Assembly: GCA_035279905.1 (NCBI GenBank)
Contig: DATEGZ010000257.1
Span: forward strand, 30,086 to 94,085
Direction: 5' to 3'
Length of the DNA stretch: 64,000 nt
Source: Vicinamibacterales bacterium
GTDB lineage: Bacteria > Acidobacteriota > Vicinamibacteria > Vicinamibacterales > SCN-69-37
Numbering within the stretch: position 1 is the stretch's first letter; the number at the start of each line of letters is the position of its first letter. Positions 10,640-18,820 of the stretch are shown here, one piece after another. The position numbers and the translations under genes were made by a program. The notes under the pieces were generated by a model. The model was given only the letters and a program-made list of their open reading frames with translations, was not told the origin of the DNA and did no database searches.

Positions 10640-11294
10640 GGCTCCTCAACACCGAGTGCTCGAGCCACTGGCACCACTCGCCGAGGCCCGCCCCGCTGGT
10701 ACACGACGTCTCGAAGACTTTCAGCTTCGGGTTGATCTGCCACGCGTGGCGGCGAATGGCGCGGATATCGGCGCCGACAAACGGCAGGAGATCCGTCTTG
10801 TTGATGACGAGCACCGAGGCGTTGCGGAACATCGCGGGATACTTCAGCGGCTTGTCGTCGCCTTCGGTCGTGCTGAGCACGACGACCTTCATCGCTTCGC
10901 CCAGGTCGTAGTTCGCCGGACACACGAGGTTGCCGACGTTCTCGATGAGGAGGAGATCGAGCGCGTCCAGGTCGAACTGGTCGAGCGCCTGCAGCACGAG
11001 ATTCGCTTCGAGATGGCAGCCGCCGTTGGTCACGATCTGGACGACGGGCACGCCATACGCCGCGACGCGGCGTGCATCGAGATCGGTCTGCACGTCGCCC
11101 TCGATCACGCCGACGTGGAGGGACCCCTTCAACCGCTCGAGCGTCCGCTCGAGCAGCGTCGTCTTGCCGGCGCCGGGCGAGCTGACGATGTTCAACACGC
11201 ATACGCCGTGCCTGGCAAAGCGCGTGCGGTTGACCGCCGCGATCGCGTCGTTCTTCTCGAGCACCTTGCGCTCGACCGTCACAATTTCGCTCAC
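10632..11294 (-). CDS. hypB: hydrogenase nickel incorporation GTPase HypB
   Basis: P-loop SSPGAGKTTLL and the G3E-family CH motif (GGCHLEA). GTG start overlaps the hypA stop (GTGA). Confidence 0.9.
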   Translation of the reverse strand: MSEIVTVERKVLEKNDAIAAVNRTRFARHGVCVLNIVSSPGAGKTTLLERTLERLKGSLHVGVIEGDVQTDLDARRVAAYGVPVVQIVTNGGCHLEANLVLQALDQFDLDALDLLLIENVGNLVCPANYDLGEAMKVVVLSTTEGDDKPLKYPAMFRNASVLVINKTDLLPFVGADIRAIRRHAWQINPKLKVFETSCTSGAGLGEWCQWLEHSVLRSHA

Positions 11295-11545
11295 GGCGTT
11301 TCCTCCTCGAGCTCGATGTCCGCGACCTGCAGCTCCTGCCCCGCTACGCGATCGATCGCGAGCGACGCGCGGTCATACGGCGTCTCCGACGTCACCGCGC
11401 TGAAGCACCACGCCAGCGAGTCGGGCTCGACACCCGCGAGCTCGCCGACGCGAACGCGCACCGACCGGACCAGCGGCGCCCGATCGACCGGCACGTACTG
11501 TCGGACGATGTCGAAGATGCTGTTCGCGAGGCTCAGCTCATGCAC
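11291..11545 (-). CDS. hypA: HypA-like nickel metallochaperone, short form lacking the zinc-ribbon module
   Basis: 84 aa beginning with MHELSL (the MHE nickel-binding N-terminus). No CxxC...CxxC pair is present. The position immediately upstream of hypB is canonical. Confidence 0.7.
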   Translation of the reverse strand: MHELSLANSIFDIVRQYVPVDRAPLVRSVRVRVGELAGVEPDSLAWCFSAVTSETPYDRASLAIDRVAGQELQVADIELEEETP

Positions 11546-11554
11546 GTCGTGCTC

Positions 11555-11953
11555 TCACTTCCGCCCGGCGAGCGACAGCACGTAGGCCGTCAGGTCCCAC
11601 GCGTCCTGCTCGCTCAAGCTCTTCCAGCTCGGCATCGCGGTGCCGCGCCGCCCTTCCCGAATCGCGAAGAACACGTGGCGCGGTGTCGCGGCCGCGTGCC
11701 ACCCGGCGTCCCTGAAATCACGCGGCGGTGGCTGGAGTCCCTCGCGCTGGAGGCCGTAGCCGTCACCCCGCACCCCGTGGCAGAGCGTGCAGTACTTCTG
11801 GAACAGCAGCGCTCCGCGCTCGGCCGCCTCCGGCGACGCCAGTGTCGTTGGCACCGCGATCGCGCGGTACTCGCGCGGGAGATCGCCGTCGGCGCTATGA
11901 CATGCCGACAAGACGAGCGACATCCAGCCCGCGATCAGGAGCGGCCGCTTCAT
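11555..11953 (-). CDS. monohaem class I c-type cytochrome, lipoprotein
   Basis: Start ATG 11953 within ORF 11555..12253. MKRPLLIAGWMSLVLSAC is a lipobox, CTLCH is the haem-binding site, and GTAMPSW carries the distal Met. Confidence 0.8.
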   Translation of the reverse strand: MKRPLLIAGWMSLVLSACHSADGDLPREYRAIAVPTTLASPEAAERGALLFQKYCTLCHGVRGDGYGLQREGLQPPPRDFRDAGWHAAATPRHVFFAIREGRRGTAMPSWKSLSEQDAWDLTAYVLSLAGRK

Positions 11954-12446
11954 GCCCCACCTTCGGACGACACCGGAACCCGATCGCCGCAGCCTCGTCC
12001 ACGACACGGTCCACCAGATCGTCGAGGGCGGCCGCGACGCGCGGCGACAGGCCGACGCCGAGCTCGATCGATTCGGGCACGAGGCCGAGGAGCACGACCC
12101 GGGTGGGATAGCGATCGCGCCAACGCGCGCCGTCGAGCAGGTCCGACACGCCGACCTGATGCGGAGACAGGCGCGTCGCCACTGCCGGCGCCACGTCGTC
12201 GCCGTCGAGCCGCACGAATGTCCCCGCAGGTCCATCGCCGCGAATCGCGTCAACGAGGATCACGGCCTCCGCCTCCTCCACATACGGAAGCAAGGCGAGA
12301 CCGAGCGTTCCGCCGTCCAGGACGTGCACGTCCGGCGGAACGATGAAGTGGTCGCGCAAGCGAACGACCGCCGCCGCTCCCAGGCCGTCGTCGCCGAGCA
12401 GGACGTTGCCCAGGCCCAGCACAAGGAGTGGCACGCGGTTACTCAT
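11895..12446 (-). CDS. hydrogenase maturation endopeptidase (HyaD/HybD family)
   Basis: MSNRVPLLVLGLGNVLLGDDGLG...ILVDA motifs. Its 3' end overlaps the cytochrome c start by 59 nt. Confidence 0.85.
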   Translation of the reverse strand: MSNRVPLLVLGLGNVLLGDDGLGAAAVVRLRDHFIVPPDVHVLDGGTLGLALLPYVEEAEAVILVDAIRGDGPAGTFVRLDGDDVAPAVATRLSPHQVGVSDLLDGARWRDRYPTRVVLLGLVPESIELGVGLSPRVAAALDDLVDRVVDEAAAIGFRCRPKVGHEAAAPDRGLDVARLVGMS

Positions 12447-13167
12447 CGACCTGACCTTCGCGGTTGATGAAGCGGTAGCCGGAGTACTCGAGATCTTCGG
12501 GCGGGACGAACTTGTAGCCGGAGAAGATCGATTCCATCGTCCCGTTCGCTTCGATGATCGACATCAACACGCCGCTGTAGACGTGATGGGCGGCGAAGCC
12601 CAGCAGCAGCCACATCACGACGTGATGAATCCAGCGCACCATCTGGAATCCGCCAAGCATCCCCGCGAACGACGCGAACCACCGGAACGGCGAGCCGACG
12701 TCGGCGTAGGGCGCGTGGAGCGCCAAGCCGGTGAGAATCGCGAGGAAATACAACCCGAACACCAGGACGTAGGTCAGGCCGGCCACCGGGTTGTGGCCGA
12801 CGAAGCCCGGCGGCTTGCGCAACGCAAACAGGTAGAACTTCAGCGTCGGCCAGAGCCCGCGGAAGCGCGACGCGTGGACGGGCAGGAACTTGTCCCACCG
12901 CGCGTACTTGTTGCCCGTGAACATCCAGATGATGCGCACGGCGACGGCGCCGATGAAGACGAAGGCCGTGTAGAGATGGATGGTGCGAATCCAGCCCATG
13001 ACGAACGACGTGCGCGCCTCTCCCGAAACCGTCATGAACGGATGCCCGATGTACAGGCCCGTCACCGACAGGACGACGATCGCGCCTGCGATGAGCCAGT
13101 GCGTGACGCGGACGGGAATCTGCCACACGTAGGTGCAGACCACCCGTTCCGGCAGTGCGGTCGTCAT
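12439..13167 (-). CDS. Ni/Fe-hydrogenase b-type cytochrome subunit
   Basis: Start ATG 13167 (MTTALPERVVCTYVWQIPVRVTHWL), overlapping the large-subunit stop (ATGA). Four TM helices with conserved His. Confidence 0.85.
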   Translation of the reverse strand: MTTALPERVVCTYVWQIPVRVTHWLIAGAIVVLSVTGLYIGHPFMTVSGEARTSFVMGWIRTIHLYTAFVFIGAVAVRIIWMFTGNKYARWDKFLPVHASRFRGLWPTLKFYLFALRKPPGFVGHNPVAGLTYVLVFGLYFLAILTGLALHAPYADVGSPFRWFASFAGMLGGFQMVRWIHHVVMWLLLGFAAHHVYSGVLMSIIEANGTMESIFSGYKFVPPEDLEYSGYRFINREGQVDE

Positions 13168-14870
13168 ACCACCCTCACGGCAGCCAGCTCGCGGCGCTTC
13201 GGATCGACGACGTGCACGCCGCAAGCCATGCAGGGATCGAACGAATGGATCGTGCGCAGGATTTCGATCGGCCGCTTCGGATCGGCGACCGGCGTGTTGA
13301 CGAGCGCTTCTTCGTACGGCCCGCGGTGGCCTTGCGCGTCGCGCGGACCGGCATTCCACGTGCTCGGCACGACGCACTGGTAGTTGCTGATGATCCCGTT
13401 CTTGATGCGGACCCAATGGCCGAGCGCCCCGCGCGGCGCCTCATGGAAACCCGCGCCCGTGGCCTCGGCGGGCCAGCTCGACGGATCCCACTTCGAGTTG
13501 TCGTGAATGCGGAGCTCGCCGCTCGCCATGTTGGCCGCGAGCGCGTCGACCCAGTCCTCGATCTTCTCGGCCAGCACCTGCGTTTCGATCCCGCGCGCCG
13601 CCACCCGGCCCAGCGTGGAGAACAACGCCTCGGGCCCAACGCCGAGCTTCTTCAGCACGGCGTCGACGAGGTCCTTCACTCGCGAATGGCCCGAGGCATA
13701 CGACACGAGCATGCGCGACAGCGGGCCCACCTCCATCGGCTGGTCGTCGTACCGCGGCGACTTGAGCCACGAGTACTTCTTCTCGACTTCGAGGTGTTCG
13801 TACGGCGGCTTGGGCCCGGTGTAATGGGGCGCGGTTTCGCCCTCGAGCGGATGGAGCGCCGCGCCATCGCCTTTCTGATAGTCGTACCAGGAGTGCGACA
13901 CGTATTCGGTGACCTTCGCAGGATCGAAGGGCTCGACCTTCGCGAGATTGCGCTGACGAATCACGCCGGCCGGCAGAAAGAGCCTGGGCTTGGCGGAGTC
14001 GTCGTCCGGATACTCGCCGTAGACGAGATAGTTGCCGACGCCCTGACCGTGACTCGCCCAGTCCTTGTAAAAGCTCGCGACGGCCAGCAAATCCGGCACG
14101 TACACGCGCGTCACGAAGTCGCGCGCCTTCGCGATGAGCTCCTTGCAGGCGGCGATCGTGCCCGCATTCAGCGCGGCCTGACTGTTCGGATCGACCGGCG
14201 TGGCCATGCCGCCCACGAGGAAGCTCTGCAGGTGCGGGTTCTTGCCGCCGAGCACGGCGTGCATCTTGATGAACTCGCGCTGCCAGTCGAGCGCCTCGAG
14301 GTAGTGCGCGACGGCCATCAGGTTCGCTTCAGGCGGCAGCTTGTAGGCGGGGTGTCCCCAGTACGCGTTTGCGAAGGGGCCAAGCTGTCCGCGATCCACG
14401 AAACCTTTGACACGATCGCGCACACCCCCGAAGTACGTGGCGCTCGACAGCGGCCAGTCCGAGATCGACTGCGCCAGGGCAGACGTCTTCGCTGGATCCG
14501 CTGAGAGCGCCGACACGATGTCCACCCAGTCGAGCGCGTGCAGGTGGTAGAAGTGGACGACATGATCCTGGACGCACTGCGAGGCGATGATCAGATTGCG
14601 CAGCAGCCGGGCGTTGGGCGGCGGGGCCGCGCCAATCGCGTTTTCCACGGCGCGAATCGACGTGATCGCGTGCACCGTCGTGCACACGCCGCAGATTCGT
14701 TGCGCGAACGCCCACGCGTCCCGTGGATCGCGGCCCTTGAGAATCAGCTCGATCCCCCGGAACATCGTCGACGAGGACCACGCGTCCTTGACGAGGCCGC
14801 CGTCGACTTCGGCCTCGATCCGGAGATGGCCTTCGATCCGCGTGACCGGATCGACCACGATGCGGCTCAT
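13164..14870 (-). CDS. [NiFe] hydrogenase large subunit (group 1, membrane-bound uptake type)
   Basis: VDPVTRIEGH..., RICGVCTTVH (L1) and DPCMACGVH (L2). A 15-aa C-terminal extension matches protease processing. Confidence 0.95.
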   Translation of the reverse strand: MSRIVVDPVTRIEGHLRIEAEVDGGLVKDAWSSSTMFRGIELILKGRDPRDAWAFAQRICGVCTTVHAITSIRAVENAIGAAPPPNARLLRNLIIASQCVQDHVVHFYHLHALDWVDIVSALSADPAKTSALAQSISDWPLSSATYFGGVRDRVKGFVDRGQLGPFANAYWGHPAYKLPPEANLMAVAHYLEALDWQREFIKMHAVLGGKNPHLQSFLVGGMATPVDPNSQAALNAGTIAACKELIAKARDFVTRVYVPDLLAVASFYKDWASHGQGVGNYLVYGEYPDDDSAKPRLFLPAGVIRQRNLAKVEPFDPAKVTEYVSHSWYDYQKGDGAALHPLEGETAPHYTGPKPPYEHLEVEKKYSWLKSPRYDDQPMEVGPLSRMLVSYASGHSRVKDLVDAVLKKLGVGPEALFSTLGRVAARGIETQVLAEKIEDWVDALAANMASGELRIHDNSKWDPSSWPAEATGAGFHEAPRGALGHWVRIKNGIISNYQCVVPSTWNAGPRDAQGHRGPYEEALVNTPVADPKRPIEILRTIHSFDPCMACGVHVVDPKRRELAAVRVV

Positions 14871-15979
14871 GACGCCTCCCCTTTTTGATCCGTCCTGGGC
14901 GCGTCACCCTTGCGGCCCGCGTGTTTGATGATCTGAATCAGGCCGTGGCCGGCGAACGTCGCCGCGACGCCGACGACGGCCGCCGCGCCGATCGTGTCCA
15001 CGCTGGACTGGATGCCGAACCCTGGGATGCCGGTGAGGTGCTGATAGAACGGCGTCATGCGATCCCAGAAGGCCGGCTCCGCACAGCCGATGCACGGATG
15101 GCCGCAGCCGATCGGCCAGTTCGTGCCGCCGTTCCAGCGCACGTTCGGACAGTTCTGGAAGCTGACCGGGCCCTTGCAGCCCATCTTGTAGAGGCAATAG
15201 CCGGCGCGATGACCCGCATCGCCCCAGGCTTCGACGTACTGCCCGGCGTCGAAGTGCGCGCGCCGCTCGCAGTTGTCGTGAATGGCCTTGCCATACGCAA
15301 AGAGCGGCCGCCGGTACTGATCGAGCGCCGGCCACTTCTTGAACGTCAAGTAGTGCACGATGAGCGCGGTCAGGTTCTCGACGTTCGCGGGACACGCCGG
15401 CAGGTTGATGAGGGTCTTGAGGCCCGGGACGGCGTCTGCGACGGCCAGCGCCCCGGTAGGGTTGGGCGCCGCAGCCGGGAGGCCGCCAAAGGCGGCGCAC
15501 GTGCCGATTGCAATCGTCGCAGCCGCGCCGCCACAGACCTCGCGTGCGATGTCGAGAGCTGAGCGCCCGCCAATTGTGCAATAGGCGCCGTCGGCGCCAG
15601 TCGGGATCGAGCCCTCCACCACCGCGATGTACTGTCCGGCGCGTTCTTTCACCGCCCGGGCGAGATTCTCTTCAGCCTGCGACCCGGCCGCCGCCATGAT
15701 CGTCTCGTGGTAGTCGACCGAGAGCACGTCGAGCACGACCTCGGCAGCGGTCGGACGCGAGGCACGCAAGAACGACTCGGTGTTCCCGGCGCAATCCTGG
15801 AATTCCAGCCACACGAGCACCGGCTTCTCGGCTTTGGCCACTGCACGCGCGATCTGCGCCGCCACGGCATCCGGGAGCGAGAGCGCCGCGGCCATCGTCG
15901 TGCAGAACGCCATGAACTCGCGGCGAGACACGCCGTGCCGTGCGAGCTCCGTCTTGACCCAAGAACGTTGCCCGCTCAT
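14867..15979 (-). CDS. [NiFe] hydrogenase small subunit, Tat-exported, C-terminal membrane anchor
   Basis: Start ATG 15979 within ORF 14867..16450, preceded by GGGAGG. Twin-arginine signal SRREFMAFCTTMAAAL. FeS motifs GTCAAFGG, ACPAN, IHDNC and CKGPVSFQNCP...GHPCIGC. Confidence 0.95.
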   Translation of the reverse strand: MSGQRSWVKTELARHGVSRREFMAFCTTMAAALSLPDAVAAQIARAVAKAEKPVLVWLEFQDCAGNTESFLRASRPTAAEVVLDVLSVDYHETIMAAAGSQAEENLARAVKERAGQYIAVVEGSIPTGADGAYCTIGGRSALDIAREVCGGAAATIAIGTCAAFGGLPAAAPNPTGALAVADAVPGLKTLINLPACPANVENLTALIVHYLTFKKWPALDQYRRPLFAYGKAIHDNCERRAHFDAGQYVEAWGDAGHRAGYCLYKMGCKGPVSFQNCPNVRWNGGTNWPIGCGHPCIGCAEPAFWDRMTPFYQHLTGIPGFGIQSSVDTIGAAAVVGVAATFAGHGLIQIIKHAGRKGDAPRTDQKGEAS

Positions 15980-16064
15980 CCTGCACCTCCCACGACCGCT
16001 ACCGCGAGTGTTGGAAGCCGAGGCGAAGGCTTGCGCCTGAAACCCCGAGCCGATCCGCGCTAAC

Positions 16065-16079
16065 GCATATGGCGTGCCA
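16065..16079 (-). promoter_or_regulatory. candidate sigma-54 (-24/-12) promoter of the hydrogenase structural operon
   Basis: The minus strand reads TGGCACGCCATATGC. The GG and GC dinucleotides have exactly the spacing of the consensus TGGCACG-N4-TTGC. It lies about 86 nt upstream of the small-subunit ATG. Confidence 0.45.
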
Positions 16080-16173
16080 GACCGGCACGGCCGCGGCGAC
16101 TCCGCGATGAAGTGAAATCGATGAAATCCAGAGATGAGGACTGCGAGTTTTCCCGCAGTGACCGGCGGAGTTT

Positions 16174-17238
16174 TCAGTGCTCGCCGAAGCGGCGAATCTT
16201 CCAGACGCCTGCCGAGACGACCCAGGACGCCACGAAGAGCGCGAAGACCGTGTAGCCGGTGGCCACCGAGTTCCAGTGCCGTACGGCTTCCCAGAACCGT
16301 CCCTGAAGACCGGGAAGGCGGCCCGCGGCGATCGACAGGAGCTCGATCGTACCGACGGAGAGCGCGACGACCACCGATAGACCAGTCACGGTCAGGTTGT
16401 AGAAGATCTTGCGCATCGGATTGGCGAATGCCCAGCCGTAGGCTCCGCACATGACGATGCCGTCCGCGGTGTCGAGGAGCGTCATCCCGGCCGCGAACAC
16501 GATCGGCAGGGTGAGGACGGCGGCGAGCGGCAGCGACTGGGACGCCGCCAGGCCTGCCACGGTCAGAAGCGCGATCTCGGTGGCCGTGTCGAAGCCCAGC
16601 CCGAACAGAAACCCGACCAGGTACATCTGGCTCGGGTGCTTGACGAGCCTGAACAAGCCGCCGAACCAGCGCGAGATCAGCCCTCCCTGGAGCAGGACGG
16701 CCTCGGCGGCTTCGGCGTCGTACTCTCCGCGGCGCATCCGGCGGAACACGCGGTAGACATCGACCATGACGAGGAGATTGAGGCCGCCAATGAGATAGAG
16801 GAACAGGCCGGAGATCGTGGTACCGACGAGCGATCCGATTTCATGCAGGCGCGGCAGCTCGCGGGCGATCGTTTGCGTGGTGAGCGCCAGGGTGAGCGTC
16901 ATCAGCAGCACAACGCTCGAGTGGCCCAGCGAGAAGTACAGGCCCACGCCGAGCGGACGCCGGTTTTCGTTCATCAGCCGCCGCGCGGTGTTGTCGATCG
17001 CCGCGATGTGGTCGGCATCGAACGCGTGCCGCAGTCCAAACGCATAGGCCAGGCCCGCCAGTCCGAGCAGCGTCGGGTGCGCCGCGCCGCCAAACCACCA
17101 CACGCCGCCCCAGCCAACGACATGCAACACCACGATCGTGAGCACGAGCGGCAGGATTTCGCGCGCGAGAGTCCGAGCCGGACGGCCAGCGGTCATCTTC
17201 CCCGCTATCCTTTCACATTTCGTGCCGCGCGCGAGCAC
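16174..17238 (-). CDS. NiCoT-family high-affinity nickel/cobalt transporter (HoxN/HupN/NixA type)
   Basis: Signature GLRHAFDADHIAAIDN, 8-TM layout. The start could instead be ATG 17196 (MTAGRPARTL). Confidence 0.85.
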   Translation of the reverse strand: MLARGTKCERIAGKMTAGRPARTLAREILPLVLTIVVLHVVGWGGVWWFGGAAHPTLLGLAGLAYAFGLRHAFDADHIAAIDNTARRLMNENRRPLGVGLYFSLGHSSVVLLMTLTLALTTQTIARELPRLHEIGSLVGTTISGLFLYLIGGLNLLVMVDVYRVFRRMRRGEYDAEAAEAVLLQGGLISRWFGGLFRLVKHPSQMYLVGFLFGLGFDTATEIALLTVAGLAASQSLPLAAVLTLPIVFAAGMTLLDTADGIVMCGAYGWAFANPMRKIFYNLTVTGLSVVVALSVGTIELLSIAAGRLPGLQGRFWEAVRHWNSVATGYTVFALFVASWVVSAGVWKIRRFGEH

Positions 17239-17241
17239 ACG

Positions 17242-18813
17242 TCACAGCGCGCGTTTGAGCACCTTGCCCGTCGGGCCGACCGGTAAAGTCTCGCGGAACT
17301 CGATCGTCCGCGGATACTTGAACGCCGCCATCTGCCCGCGGCTCCACTCGATGAGCTCGTCGGCCGACAACGTCGCGCCCGGCCGCAGGACGACGAACGC
17401 CTTCACCTCTTCACCAAGGCGATCGTCGGGCACGCCGACCACGGCCGCGAGCGACACGGCCGGATGCGTCATGAGCACGTCCTCGATTTCGCGCGGAAAG
17501 ACGTTGGTCCCGCCGCGCAGGATCAGCTCCTTCTTGCGATCGACGATCGACAGGTACCCGTCCGCGTCGAGGACGCCGATGTCGCCGGTGTGGAACCAGC
17601 CATTTCGCAGCGTTTCCGCGGTCTCGGCCGGGCGCTTGTAGTAGCCCTTCATCACGTTGTGCCCGCGAATGACCACTTCCCCGCGCTCGCCTATGGGCAG
17701 CGCCCGATCGTCGTCGCCGACGATCGCCACCTCACATGCGAAGACCGGCAGTCCGACGGTGCCCGGTTTGCACGGCCGATGCAGCTGGTTGAAGCACGCG
17801 ACCGGCGACGTCTCAGAGAGCCCGTAGCCCTCGAGCACGCGCACGCCGAACGTCCGCTCGAAATCCTGCAGCACCGCGGGCGGCATCGCGGCGCCGCCCG
17901 AGACGACGCAGCGCAGCGAGGCCGCGACGCGCCCGACGTCGATTCCTTCTTTTCGCACGTGCTGCAGCAGGGTCCAGTACATCGTCGGCACCCCGACCCA
18001 GCAGCTGATGCGCTCGGCGGCGAACGCCTGCAGCACGGCCGCCGGCTCGAAGCGCGGCAGCAGCACGAACGTCCAGCCGCCGGCGATCGCGGCGTTCATC
18101 TGGCAGCTCTGTCCGGTCGAGTGGAACAGAGGCAACGTGATGAGCGTGACGTTCACGGCGTCGACGCCAGGATCGAGCGCGGGCATCAGCATGTCGCGCG
18201 ATGCCATCGCGTTGAGCGTCATGTTCAGATGCGTGAGCTCGGCGCCCTTCGGCTGACCGGTCGTGCCGGAGGTGTAGAGAATCACCGCGGTGTCGTCGGG
18301 CGCGGTCGCGTGTGTGTCGAACACCGGCGGCTGGCCCGCGCCCAGCTGCCCGAGCGTGCGCGATCGCTCGACCGGGCTCGCCGCCTTCGGATCGACGGTC
18401 ATCACGATCAGCTCGCGGCACGCGGGCGCCTCGTTGCACGCCTCGCGCGCCATCGCCGCCATCGGCAGCTGCGGCGTGCCTTCGAAGACGAACAGCGCTT
18501 TCGCGTCGCTGTCTTTCAGCTGATTCGCGATCTCACGCGGCTTCAGCAGAACGTTGAACGGCACGACGACGGCGCCGATTTTGAGGATGGCGTAGTACGC
18601 GATCGGAAAGTGCGGCGTGTTGGGACACGAGAGGCCGATGTGATCGCCGGGACCGAAGCCGAGCGCGCGCAGCCCGCCGGCGACCTGGCACGCGAGCGCG
18701 TTGACCTCGCGGTACGTGAGCGCGAACGGCCGCAGCACAACGGCCAACCGATCGGGCGTCAGTCTCGCTTGCTGGTCGAGCAAGGACGCCAGATTCAGCG
18801 TCGTCGCAGGCAC
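17242..18813 (-). CDS. AMP-dependent acyl-CoA synthetase/ligase (long-chain fatty acid-CoA ligase-like)
   Basis: AMP-binding motif YTSGTTGQPKGA plus later GWFHTGD and GKV...R motifs. GTG start preceded by AGGAGG. Confidence 0.85.
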   Translation of the reverse strand: MPATTLNLASLLDQQARLTPDRLAVVLRPFALTYREVNALACQVAGGLRALGFGPGDHIGLSCPNTPHFPIAYYAILKIGAVVVPFNVLLKPREIANQLKDSDAKALFVFEGTPQLPMAAMAREACNEAPACRELIVMTVDPKAASPVERSRTLGQLGAGQPPVFDTHATAPDDTAVILYTSGTTGQPKGAELTHLNMTLNAMASRDMLMPALDPGVDAVNVTLITLPLFHSTGQSCQMNAAIAGGWTFVLLPRFEPAAVLQAFAAERISCWVGVPTMYWTLLQHVRKEGIDVGRVAASLRCVVSGGAAMPPAVLQDFERTFGVRVLEGYGLSETSPVACFNQLHRPCKPGTVGLPVFACEVAIVGDDDRALPIGERGEVVIRGHNVMKGYYKRPAETAETLRNGWFHTGDIGVLDADGYLSIVDRKKELILRGGTNVFPREIEDVLMTHPAVSLAAVVGVPDDRLGEEVKAFVVLRPGATLSADELIEWSRGQMAAFKYPRTIEFRETLPVGPTGKVLKRAL

Positions 18814-18820
18814 GTCCCTC

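Noticed and set aside
13164-14870. Possible [NiFeSe] or high-affinity group 1h hydrogenase.
   Set aside because: The C-terminal motif is DPCMACGVH with Cys, and there is no in-frame TGA. A Tat signal on the small subunit plus a cytochrome b subunit argue for a classical membrane-bound group 1 enzyme. The subclass cannot be fixed without a database comparison.
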